From: Candidatus Latescibacterota bacterium
GTDB taxonomy: Bacteria > Latescibacterota > UBA2968 > UBA8231
Direction of reading: 5' to 3'
NCBI GenBank assembly: GCA_965217585.1
Contig: OZ244561.1
Coordinates: 4,192,001-4,256,000, forward strand
DNA length: 64,000 nt
Below, in pieces: positions 11,526-22,378 of this stretch. Under the pieces are notes generated by a model, which had not been told where the DNA came from, did not search any database, and saw only the letters and a list, made by a program, of their open reading frames with translations. A program made the translations under genes and the position numbers. Numbering within the stretch: the first letter of the stretch is position 1; each line of letters begins with the position of its first letter.

Positions 11526-13052
11526 ATGGCCACCGAAGCGATAGTTCAGCCCGATGAGATTTCGCAAATTCTCAAGCAACAACTACTGGGCTTTGAAAAA
11601 GAAATAGACATATACGAGACGGGTACGGTGCTCTATGTCGGCGATGGCACGGCTCGCGTCCACGGTCTGAGCAACGTGCGGGCCACCGAATTGGTGGAAT
11701 TCCCCCACGGCATCATGGGCATGGCCCTCAACCTCGAAGCAGACAACGTCGGCTGTGTGCTCTTTGGCGAGGACACCCTGATCAACGAAGGCGACAAAGT
11801 AAAGCGCACCGGCCGCATCGTCGAAGTGCCCGTGGGCGAGGCCCTCTTGGGCCGGGTCGTCAATCCCTTGGGCGTGCCCATTGACGGCAAGGGCGACATC
11901 GAGGCTGACGAGAGCTTGCCGGTCGAGCGCAAAGCCCCGGGCGTCATCGACCGCCAGCCGGTTACCGAGGCCCTGCAGACGGGTATTAAAATCATCGACT
12001 CGACCGTGCCCATCGGCCGCGGTCAGCGCGAGCTGATCATCGGCGATCGCCAGACCGGCAAGACGGCCATTGCCGTTGACACCATCATCAACCAGCACGA
12101 CCAAGACGTCAAATGCATCTACGTGGCTATCGGTCAGAAGGCCTCGACCGTGGCTAAGGTGGTGGCCGAATTGGAGGCCAACGGCGCGCTCGACTACACC
12201 ATCGTCGTCTCGGCCACCGCGTCCGACCCAGCGCCCTTGCAGTTCCTCTCACCGTACGCAGGCGCCTCGATGGGTGAGTATTTCCGCGACCGCGGCCAAC
12301 ACGCGCTCATCATTTACGACGACTTGTCCAAGCAGGCTTGGGCCTACCGCGAAATGTCCTTGATTTTGCGCCGCCCGCCCGGGCGCGAAGCCTATCCTGG
12401 CGACGTGTTCTACTTGCATTCGCGGCTCTTGGAGCGCGCGGCCAAGATGAGCGACGACAAGGGCGGAGGGTCGCTGACGGCGCTGCCGGTAATCGAAATT
12501 CTCGAAGGCGATGTATCGACTTTTGTGCCGACCAATGTCATCTCGATCACCGATGGCCAGATCCTGCTCAAGCCCGAGCTGTTCTATTCGGGCAACCGCC
12601 CGGCCATGGACGTGGGGGCCTCGGTGTCGCGAGTGGGGTCGGCCGCGCAGACCAAGGCCATCAAGGGCGTGGCCAGGACCATCAAGGGCGACATTTCCCG
12701 CTACAACGAAGTCAAGGCCTTCGCCCAGTTCGGCACGTCGGATCTGGATCAATCCACGCGCAATCTGCTCAACCGCGGCGAGAAGCTGATGGAGCTGCTC
12801 AAGCAAGGGCAATACCGGCCGCAATCGCTCGCGGAATTGACGGTCTCGCTGTTCATCATAGATCACGTGCTCGACCTGCCTACGGCCGACGTGAGCCGCT
12901 TTGAGGAAGAGCTGCTAACGCACCTGCGCGATCACCAGTCCGCGCTCATGGACGAAATTGGCAAGACCCGCGATCTGAGCGACGAGACCAAGGCCCAGCT
13001 AGACGCCGCCATTGCGGAGTTCAAGGGTCGCTTCCGTCCTTCCGAGGAATAG
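11526..13052 (+). CDS. atpA: ATP synthase F1 subunit alpha
   Basis: [43 protein letters not shown]. Confidence 0.98.
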   Translation: MATEAIVQPDEISQILKQQLLGFEKEIDIYETGTVLYVGDGTARVHGLSNVRATELVEFPHGIMGMALNLEADNVGCVLFGEDTLINEGDKVKRTGRIVEVPVGEALLGRVVNPLGVPIDGKGDIEADESLPVERKAPGVIDRQPVTEALQTGIKIIDSTVPIGRGQRELIIGDRQTGKTAIAVDTIINQHDQDVKCIYVAIGQKASTVAKVVAELEANGALDYTIVVSATASDPAPLQFLSPYAGASMGEYFRDRGQHALIIYDDLSKQAWAYREMSLILRRPPGREAYPGDVFYLHSRLLERAAKMSDDKGGGSLTALPVIEILEGDVSTFVPTNVISITDGQILLKPELFYSGNRPAMDVGASVSRVGSAAQTKAIKGVARTIKGDISRYNEVKAFAQFGTSDLDQSTRNLLNRGEKLMELLKQGQYRPQSLAELTVSLFIIDHVLDLPTADVSRFEEELLTHLRDHQSALMDEIGKTRDLSDETKAQLDAAIAEFKGRFRPSEE

Positions 13053-13060
13053 GCTGAGCT

Positions 13061-15338
<2,278 letters not shown>

Positions 15339-15341
15339 TCC

Positions 15342-15749
15342 ATGCCCGCCTTCGCCTTAGAGGTCGTCACTCCAGAGCGGGTGGCCTACTCGGGGCAGGT
15401 CACCAGCCTGCAAGCGCCCGGCAGTGAGGGGAGTTTTGGCGTCCTCGCCGGACACATACCGCTTTTGACCGGATTGCAGATCGGGCAGTTGCGCTTTGTC
15501 GAGGAGGACGGTAGTGAGGTCCAAGTGGCCATCAGCGGTGGTTTTGTCGAGGTCGGGCGCGAGCAAGTCGCGGTGCTAGCCGAGACCGCCGAACGCATCG
15601 AGGAAATCGACGTTGAGCGGGCTGAGTCTTCGCGCCAGCGCGCTGAGGAACGCCTCGCCCAGGCGCGTGCCGGGCAAGAGGAGATCGACGCAGCGCGCGC
15701 CGAAGCGGCGCTGGCGCGCGCCATCAATCGCCTCCGCACGCACGAGTAA
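15342..15749 (+). CDS. atpC: ATP synthase F1 subunit epsilon
   Basis: EVVTPE, GVLAGHIP, ISGGFVEV. Confidence 0.95.
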   Translation: MPAFALEVVTPERVAYSGQVTSLQAPGSEGSFGVLAGHIPLLTGLQIGQLRFVEEDGSEVQVAISGGFVEVGREQVAVLAETAERIEEIDVERAESSRQRAEERLAQARAGQEEIDAARAEAALARAINRLRTHE

Positions 15750-15799
15750 ATTTTTATAGGAGTACCTGCAAAGCAAAAGGCACTGGGGTGCCCTGCCCA

Positions 15800-16498
15800 T
15801 TAGAGGTTCACCACGGTCGTCGATCCGTAGAGCTGGGCCAATTCCCGGGGACTCAGTTCGAAGACCTCCTTGAAATCAGACTCGTCGACGTGAGCCTTAA
15901 CGCCGAGCAGAACGGATATTCTTCCATGAACCGATCTTGAAAGAATGGCGTGGGTTCGCGCCAGATGCGATTCAACCTGAAATGGAGCTTTCGGCTTGTG
16001 CTGGTGCTCCATCAGATGCGCCAGTCCAAGGGTTTGATACTCTGACAACAGGATCGGCGCGCTCACTACGAGACGAATGGCGCTGGACAACATGGACTTT
16101 GCCTCGCCGCCGCGCGCAAATGGGCGCAGAACTCTTAGCTGGTCAGCGTCGTAGTGAGGTCGCAGGAGTGCTTTGAAAGCCTGCAATTGCCTGGCATCTC
16201 TGGCGACTACGTGGATGCATTCGGTATTTGTGATTGCTCGGTGAACCTGTCGCATCAATTCGACAACCGCCACCAGCCGCGACCAGTTCCTCTGTCCGAA
16301 TTCGCGCGCGATGGCCAACTGGGCGTCCTGAAGCGATAATATCCCCTCCCTGTTGGAGTCGGCTTGAAGATAGCGGGGATGGTGTTTGCGAATGCGCTCG
16401 GCAGCTTCGCGGTCACCCGCTCTGTGCTGGTGAAGCAACTCCTTGGCGAGTTTTCTAATTTGCTGCAGGTCGGGACTGGGAGGAAGGCTTGCAGACAT
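15800..16498 (-). CDS. hypothetical protein with an N-terminal LPxxPxLxQ(L/I)RKxAKELL helical domain
   Basis: ATG 16498 after GAAAGAGGG; SLPPSPDLQQIRKLAKELL...LQDAQLAIAREFGQRNW resembles a module seen at the N-terminus of many ankyrin-type proteins. Confidence 0.7.
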   Translation of the reverse strand: MSASLPPSPDLQQIRKLAKELLHQHRAGDREAAERIRKHHPRYLQADSNREGILSLQDAQLAIAREFGQRNWSRLVAVVELMRQVHRAITNTECIHVVARDARQLQAFKALLRPHYDADQLRVLRPFARGGEAKSMLSSAIRLVVSAPILLSEYQTLGLAHLMEHQHKPKAPFQVESHLARTHAILSRSVHGRISVLLGVKAHVDESDFKEVFELSPRELAQLYGSTTVVNL

Positions 16499-16661
16499 GG
16501 TACCCTCTTTCGTTTTCGTGCCTGTAATCCGCGAAGTCAGGCGAAAGAAGGTCGAAATTGTGGAATGAAGGGGTGGGTCTGGGACCCTTACCGCGGACGG
16601 GAAGGCCTTCCTGGGGCGCTTGTGGAAAAGATAGTTGCGTAAAGGCCACAGCGTCAAGGAA

Positions 16662-17135
16662 ATGCTCAAAGTCACCTACGGCCCGGCGGAACGCAAAGAC
16701 GGGATTATCGATGGCGAGGGTAACAAGAGCCCTTGGTACGAAACGGCCAAGCGGATCAACTGGGAGATCCAGAATATGGGCAACCTCTTGTTGGCGTTGG
16801 CCTCCACCGCGGTCTTCCATACCTCGCCTCAGCCGCAGGGCACGACGTGGATCTACGAAGGCCATGGCGGACTAATTAGCTGCCTAGGCGCACCGGCCCT
16901 GCTCGGGTTCTTCGATGGTCCGAACGGCCGCAAGTTCCTGATGGTGGTGAACCGCGACCCGATGAAGGCCGCGGAATTGACCCTCACCTTTGCTGACGAC
17001 GTCGCCGCGGTAGCCGAAGTCGACCGGTCGCAACCGGACGGGGATGTCCGGCCCCTCGACGTAGTGGACGGCAAACTCAACATGACCCTGCAGGATGGCG
17101 ACGGGCGGCGATTGGAACTGAAGAGAAGAAATTGA
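16662..17135 (+). pseudogene. probable C-terminal fragment of a glycoside-hydrolase-like protein
   Basis: Protein-like sequence (GIIDGEGNKSPWYE..INWEI, MVVNRD, beta-sandwich-like tail LQDGDGRRLEL) that seems to begin mid-domain, with poor RBS spacing. Confidence 0.4.
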
Positions 17136-17162
17136 TGCGGATCGCCCCCCCAGCGGCTGGGA

Positions 17163-20100
17163 TCAAGGCCGGGGCTCTGTTGTGCTTCGTTCCCTGAGCC
17201 AGGAGATGACGGCGAATATGACGGGAACGAGGCCGAAGAGGATCATTAGGATGCCGTTGATCTTCCATACGTGGGCATCGAATTCGAGGTACCGAATGCC
17301 CACGAACAGGATGGAACTCCAGCCTCCTACGACGTAGAAGAGTAGGTTGAAGCGGATATACCTCAGGATGAGGAAAGCCGAGATCAGCCAAGAGGGACTG
17401 CTCAGCGCGAGGAGTACGCTTGCGTGGTAGAGGTCCTTGGCTGGCGAGACGACGGATTGGAAGATGAGAACGACGAAGACGCCGAGGATCATCAGGTTTG
17501 TCCTGCCCAGGATTCGCCACCAGACAAAGAGAAGGCCGAGGATTACAATGGGGCCGAGCATACCGCTGAATTCGTCGACGAGTTCACCGAGCGCGGGCAG
17601 ATAGGTGTTGACGTTGGCGGGCACACCGCCGCCTGCGAAGAGGTAGTCCGTCAGATAGGTGAGACGTACGTGAGTGGAGAGAACGCCGGTGCCTCTTTTT
17701 ATGCCGGAATAGCACGCTACCAGAAAAACGACCTGCCACCACAGTGTCGCGCTGCCCGCTTTTAGGCGGAGCACATCGATCCAGTCGGAGATGCGCATCT
17801 CTCTGGGACGCTCTAGGCGGTATAGCGTATCTCCGAGGGCACAGACCAACAGGGCGAGGATGGCCGCAACAACGAGGGCCAGAACGACACCGACAAGCTC
17901 GCCAAGAAGGAAGGTACCCATGACCTCAGTGGTGTCATAACCTCGGTAGAATGTGGGCAGTTCGTTGAGATCCTCAAGTAGGAAACACAGGCCAAAGAGG
18001 ATGCCGACGCAGATGGGCAATCGCCACTCGACTAGCCCGTTCCGATAGGCGCGTAGTAAGTAAATGACGGCTAGGACGAGGGTGACGATGACAGCGATGG
18101 TGGGGAGGGTGGAGACAATGGTGCTCTTTGCAGTCTTCTCTCCTAGTTTGCGCAAAAATTCCTCGGGTGCCTTGTAGGCCTTGTACGCACGGCCGATCCG
18201 GTCGCCCTGTACAGAGGCGACGATGCGAAACTCGCCCTCTTCCACCTTGACGTCCATGCGTTCCCACACAAAGCTGTGGTCCATCCGGTTCTCACGCTTA
18301 AAGGACCGTGCTTCGAGACGCTTGTAGAGCGTCGTATCGGCCACGTCCCGGTTCAGGTGTTGGCGCAGGAAGGCCTCGGCCACTTCCTGTGCCTCTTCGA
18401 TGGTGAGCTCTGCACCCTCTTGACCCTCGGGCACGGCATGAGAGATGTAGGAGAGGTCGCCGTGGCCGTCGACGCTGATGGTGAGCTCTTCTTTCTCGAG
18501 AGGCTTGAACCATCGCACGCTCCAGCGCCACGAGTTCGTGTGCTCTGCCGCGAGCGTGTCCGCCCGCGCCGCATCGACGTTTCGCAGCAGGTGTGTAAAG
18601 TGATTGGAACCGAGACTGCTCGAGAATGAGGTGGTGCGGCGATAGTCTTTGAGGTCGAGTCCGAGCTGCCCCCGAATCCCTTCGGCAATCTCGATGGCCT
18701 GCGCACGGGTGGGGACCTTTTCGCGTGCGTATTCAGCGAAAGCCCGCGGTTCGTAAGCGAAGTATGCGGACCAGCCCAACAGACCGAGGATGCCAAAGAC
18801 GAGGAGACCCTTGCTGGAAATGAGGTAGTCAGAGGGCCTCTTTCGTTCGATCGGAGGTTCAGGCGGCTCCGCGGGAAGGGCAGATGGGGGGGATACGGTC
18901 TTTGGTGCCTCCGGAGCGGGTTCAGGGGGCGCGTCCTCGTAGCGGCCGCGGACGGCGCTCCAGATGGCGGGAAGGGCCGGGATGGAGATGATGGCGACAG
19001 CGAGGATGCCCGAGATCTTGAAGTAGAGGCTGTCGGACTGCACCATGGGATAGACGCCGAGAAAGCAGTTATACACATAGTGGGAGATGATGGTCGCCCA
19101 GACGCCGAAGCGCAGGAAGACTATGCCGAAGAGGACTCCCACGATGGTCAGTTCCAAGCCGCGGATGTAGATCGGTTCCTGCGGATAGTCGGCGTGGAGG
19201 AAGGCCCACATCGCAGCGGAAACGAGAAGGGCCAACCAGCTTCTCTTCAGCCAGCGAAGGAGGAGGGAGATGGCCACCAGCCGGAAGAGGAACTCCTCCG
19301 TGGTGGCCGCTACTAGACCCGTCAGAAGGGGATATATCCAGGGCAGGTACGTGCTGTAGGCATTGCTGTACTGGGTCATGGCGGCAGGCGACCAAACCCC
19401 GAGGTAGTCGTTGCCCAGAATGTAGAAGAGGGTGACGTAACCCAAGTGGGCAAATGCTAGGCCATAACCGACAAGGGTGACGCGTGCAAAGCCCGCCGAC
19501 CGCCAGCGCCGCAGGGAAACCCGCTCCAAGGGATTACTCCAGTCTCTTACGTCCTGCGCGGCGGTGCCGCCTGCCGTGCCGCACACGGCGACGATGAAGG
19601 CCACGAGAACGGCACCGAGGAGACCAGTAAAGATGAAGTTGAGAATGAAGGAGACATAGGACTGCATGGTGTTGTATCCGAACAGACTGAGCGGATAGCC
19701 ATTGATAGATCCGAGGAAGGAGGCGGCTCCCACGAAGATGCCGATGGACACGGCGACGCGCCACGTGAGTGCGCGCTGGCGATACTTGCGCACTAGGACG
19801 ACGATCATGGCAATGGCCAGTGCGAAGGCGAACCCTCCGGCGACCTTGGCGAGCAGACCAGCGCGAGCGCGGATCTCGCGGTAGTCGCGCGAGAAGGTCT
19901 CGGGTACCTTGAGGTATTCGGAGAAGCTGCCCACTCTGTCCCCTTGGACCGTGACGCGCAGGCGGTAGTGTCCATCATCGCCGACGACGAAGTCCCTCTT
20001 GCGGTAGGTGAAGGTGTGGTCCCTCCGCTTGGGGCGGTCGATGCTGGAGGCCTCAATGGGTTCGTAGGCGTCAAGTGAGAAACCCTGAACATCGGTGAGG

Positions 20101-20555
20101 AAGGCCTCGGCTGTGTGCCGGGCATCCTCTTCTGAGAGGCTGATGCCTTCGTCGGACTCGAGGATGCTGTGGGTAAACCCTACGATGCGCCCGCCGGGAT
20201 CGATGCGGACGCGGAGTTCTTCCTTCTGCAGCGGTTTGAAATAGCGGATGTGCCAATACCATACCGAGACCCACTCCCGCACGAGGCGGTTGGCCTCGGC
20301 CAAGCCCAGAGTGCGTTCGAGAAAGATCTGGGGCAGGCTGGCATGGGAGAAGACTTGAGCACTCTCGTATTCGGTGGGGTCGTAGCCGAGGCGGTGGAGA
20401 TATGCTTCGGCAGCCTGATAGGCCTGTTCGCGGTCTACCCGAAAGTTAAGTGAGGCAACGGGAAAGGCCCGGTCGAAGAACTGGACATAACAGGCGAGGC
20501 CGAGAGCGCCTGAGATCAGGAAGGAAAGAATCCACACCGCATCGCGTCGGGTCAT
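17163..20555 (-). CDS. large CPBP/Abi-family intramembrane glutamic endopeptidase with duplicated extracytoplasmic domain
   Basis: EEFLFR, FLHADY and SHYVYN motifs; many TM helices; ATGA overlap with the upstream gene. Confidence 0.85.
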   Translation of the reverse strand: MTRRDAVWILSFLISGALGLACYVQFFDRAFPVASLNFRVDREQAYQAAEAYLHRLGYDPTEYESAQVFSHASLPQIFLERTLGLAEANRLVREWVSVWYWHIRYFKPLQKEELRVRIDPGGRIVGFTHSILESDEGISLSEEDARHTAEAFLTDVQGFSLDAYEPIEASSIDRPKRRDHTFTYRKRDFVVGDDGHYRLRVTVQGDRVGSFSEYLKVPETFSRDYREIRARAGLLAKVAGGFAFALAIAMIVVLVRKYRQRALTWRVAVSIGIFVGAASFLGSINGYPLSLFGYNTMQSYVSFILNFIFTGLLGAVLVAFIVAVCGTAGGTAAQDVRDWSNPLERVSLRRWRSAGFARVTLVGYGLAFAHLGYVTLFYILGNDYLGVWSPAAMTQYSNAYSTYLPWIYPLLTGLVAATTEEFLFRLVAISLLLRWLKRSWLALLVSAAMWAFLHADYPQEPIYIRGLELTIVGVLFGIVFLRFGVWATIISHYVYNCFLGVYPMVQSDSLYFKISGILAVAIISIPALPAIWSAVRGRYEDAPPEPAPEAPKTVSPPSALPAEPPEPPIERKRPSDYLISSKGLLVFGILGLLGWSAYFAYEPRAFAEYAREKVPTRAQAIEIAEGIRGQLGLDLKDYRRTTSFSSSLGSNHFTHLLRNVDAARADTLAAEHTNSWRWSVRWFKPLEKEELTISVDGHGDLSYISHAVPEGQEGAELTIEEAQEVAEAFLRQHLNRDVADTTLYKRLEARSFKRENRMDHSFVWERMDVKVEEGEFRIVASVQGDRIGRAYKAYKAPEEFLRKLGEKTAKSTIVSTLPTIAVIVTLVLAVIYLLRAYRNGLVEWRLPICVGILFGLCFLLEDLNELPTFYRGYDTTEVMGTFLLGELVGVVLALVVAAILALLVCALGDTLYRLERPREMRISDWIDVLRLKAGSATLWWQVVFLVACYSGIKRGTGVLSTHVRLTYLTDYLFAGGGVPANVNTYLPALGELVDEFSGMLGPIVILGLLFVWWRILGRTNLMILGVFVVLIFQSVVSPAKDLYHASVLLALSSPSWLISAFLILRYIRFNLLFYVVGGWSSILFVGIRYLEFDAHVWKINGILMILFGLVPVIFAVISWLRERSTTEPRP

Positions 20556-22135
20556 GGTGTCCCCCACCTCCCGCCTCTGCCAATCTCTGTCTCCAGTGGG
20601 TATTTTCGCACCTCGCCCGGTGCTAGCTCAATGCGCTGCCAGTCGGCCGCCCCCGCCATGCGCCACTCCAGCGCCTGCCGCTCCTCGCCCCCATTGTAAA
20701 ACAGCACTGTGCCCGGTCCACTGACCGGCGGTTGCAAAAGCGCCAGGATCTGCTCGGGCAAATGGCCTGCGGCCCACTCGACCAGCGGCACCACCGCGCC
20801 CTGTATCTCGCGCGTGCCCATCAACAACGTCCCATAGCAACCCGTCACCGCCCCGCAGCCCCAATTGCGCCCGTGTCCCGCCGCCACCGAGCAAATCGCC
20901 CCGCCCATATCGGCGTGTTCGCGCCCGCCGCGCAACACTCGCCGGGCCATGGCGAATTTGGCCGCCGCCGCCCCCAGCGCCCGCCGGGCCATGGTCCGCT
21001 CGCCCGTCAATTGATACCCCAGCGCCAATGCCGCCGTGCTCGGCTCGCGCGAGGGCTGCACCGAGCCATCTTCTGCCCAATGGCCCCAGTAAATCATGTC
21101 GCTGCGTTTGCCCACCCCCGGCTCGCGACGCTTCCGCTCTTGGGCAAAGACCATCGCCCACGGTGCTTCCGGCTCGGTGGGTTGCCGAGCCAGTACCGCG
21201 CACATCGCGTCGTCCAGCGAGGAATCGGCGAAGGTCCGGCGATAGTAGGAGAGCGCGGCGGCGGCCGGGTCGGCGTAGGGATCGAGCAATTCGCCGATTA
21301 GCGGCTCGACAATTCTCTTCGCCGCGCAGCGAAAGATATCGTCTCTCTCCAGCAAAAAGAGATCGCCCAGCGCGTAAACCGCGCCCGACGCCAGCAGATT
21401 TTCGATACCAGCGAGTGGGTCGGCGGCGATGTGGTGGTTGTTGGCGGCCATGCCCCGCTCTGCGCGGGTCTGCAAATTTTCTGGCTGCAATCCACGCCCG
21501 TCCAGATCCCACAACACGGGCATCGGTTCGTCCGCTGCAAGCAACCGCTCGGCCCGCTTGCGCCCATAGCGCAGTGCCCAGTCGCAATAGCGCGCCTCGC
21601 CAGTGACGCGCCAGGCGGCCAGCGCAATGTGCAAAAAGCGGAAGTGCTCGGCCAACTCGCGATCGCCGTGCACCCCACCGACGGTCCGCGTGCCGATCCA
21701 GTAGCTCAAAAAGACATCGCGCGTCCAGTCGTACCAAGCGGGCACACCCTCGATCCAGTTGCCGATGTGGTGCGCTACGTCGTCGAGCAGGGCGGCGGCT
21801 TCTCTGTCGTCGGGAAAGAGTCCCAGATAGCGGGGCAAAAACAACAAAAAGGGCTCGGTGCCGTGGTGGGCCTCGGCTTCGGGCTCGTACCCGTGCAGGC
21901 ACTCGGCTCCAACCCAGGCCTTGAGGTCATTGACCAGCGAGCGAAACCGCACCGCGATCCGCTCGTCGCCGCTGACCAGATAATGCGGAAAGAAGGCCAG
22001 CGCGAAATTGGCCTCGTCCTCGCCGCCTTGGTTTTTGTCCGGCCCGTCGCGGCGAATGCTCTGCTCGACCCACAGCGAGAGTTCGCGCCGCAATGCCACA
22101 TAGTGCGCGTAGGTCTGTGCCAGTTCGTCGATCAT
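20552..22135 (-). CDS. hypothetical protein, possibly alpha/alpha-toroid (glycosidase/lyase-like)
   Basis: Long ORF with protein-like helical, Trp/Tyr/His-rich composition; ATG 22135 lies below the tRNA terminator; fold is a guess. Confidence 0.65.
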   Translation of the reverse strand: MIDELAQTYAHYVALRRELSLWVEQSIRRDGPDKNQGGEDEANFALAFFPHYLVSGDERIAVRFRSLVNDLKAWVGAECLHGYEPEAEAHHGTEPFLLFLPRYLGLFPDDREAAALLDDVAHHIGNWIEGVPAWYDWTRDVFLSYWIGTRTVGGVHGDRELAEHFRFLHIALAAWRVTGEARYCDWALRYGRKRAERLLAADEPMPVLWDLDGRGLQPENLQTRAERGMAANNHHIAADPLAGIENLLASGAVYALGDLFLLERDDIFRCAAKRIVEPLIGELLDPYADPAAAALSYYRRTFADSSLDDAMCAVLARQPTEPEAPWAMVFAQERKRREPGVGKRSDMIYWGHWAEDGSVQPSREPSTAALALGYQLTGERTMARRALGAAAAKFAMARRVLRGGREHADMGGAICSVAAGHGRNWGCGAVTGCYGTLLMGTREIQGAVVPLVEWAAGHLPEQILALLQPPVSGPGTVLFYNGGEERQALEWRMAGAADWQRIELAPGEVRKYPLETEIGRGGRWGTP

Positions 22136-22179
22136 TTCAGTGTGGGGCCGCGTAAGTGCTTGAAAAAAAGCCAGATATG

Positions 22180-22214
22180 ACAAGCCCCCGAGGAAACGAT
22201 CCCCGGGGGCTTGT
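22180..22214 (-). terminator. hairpin downstream of tRNA-Met
   Basis: ACAAGCCCCCG...CGGGGGCTTGT inverted repeat. Confidence 0.55.
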
Positions 22215-22252
22215 GTTAAACGACAAACCGCCAAAGTTAGCGACAGGAAATA

Positions 22253-22329
22253 TGGTAGCGGCGAAGGGACTCGAACCCCCGACCTACGGATTATGATTCC
22301 GCTGCTCTAACCAACTGAGCTACGCCGCC
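22253..22329 (-). tRNA. tRNA-Met (CAT), elongator type
   Basis: Reverse complement GGCGGCGTAGCTCAGTTGGTTAGAGC...ATCATAA...GGTTCGAGTCC...CGCCGCTACCA, 77 nt cloverleaf; lacks initiator features. Confidence 0.93.
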
Positions 22330-22343
22330 AAAAACTTGTCTAA

Positions 22344-22372
22344 AAGCTAGACGGCGGAGCGTTTCTTGTCAA
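22344..22372 (-). promoter_or_regulatory. sigma70 promoter of tRNA-Met
   Basis: TTGACA-N17-TAGCTT on the minus strand, 14 nt above the tRNA. Confidence 0.65.
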
Positions 22373-22378
22373 CAGGCA

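Noticed and set aside
20628-21902. 424-aa alternative-frame ORF
   Set aside because: Arg/Gly/Ala-rich off-frame translation of the 20552-22135 gene
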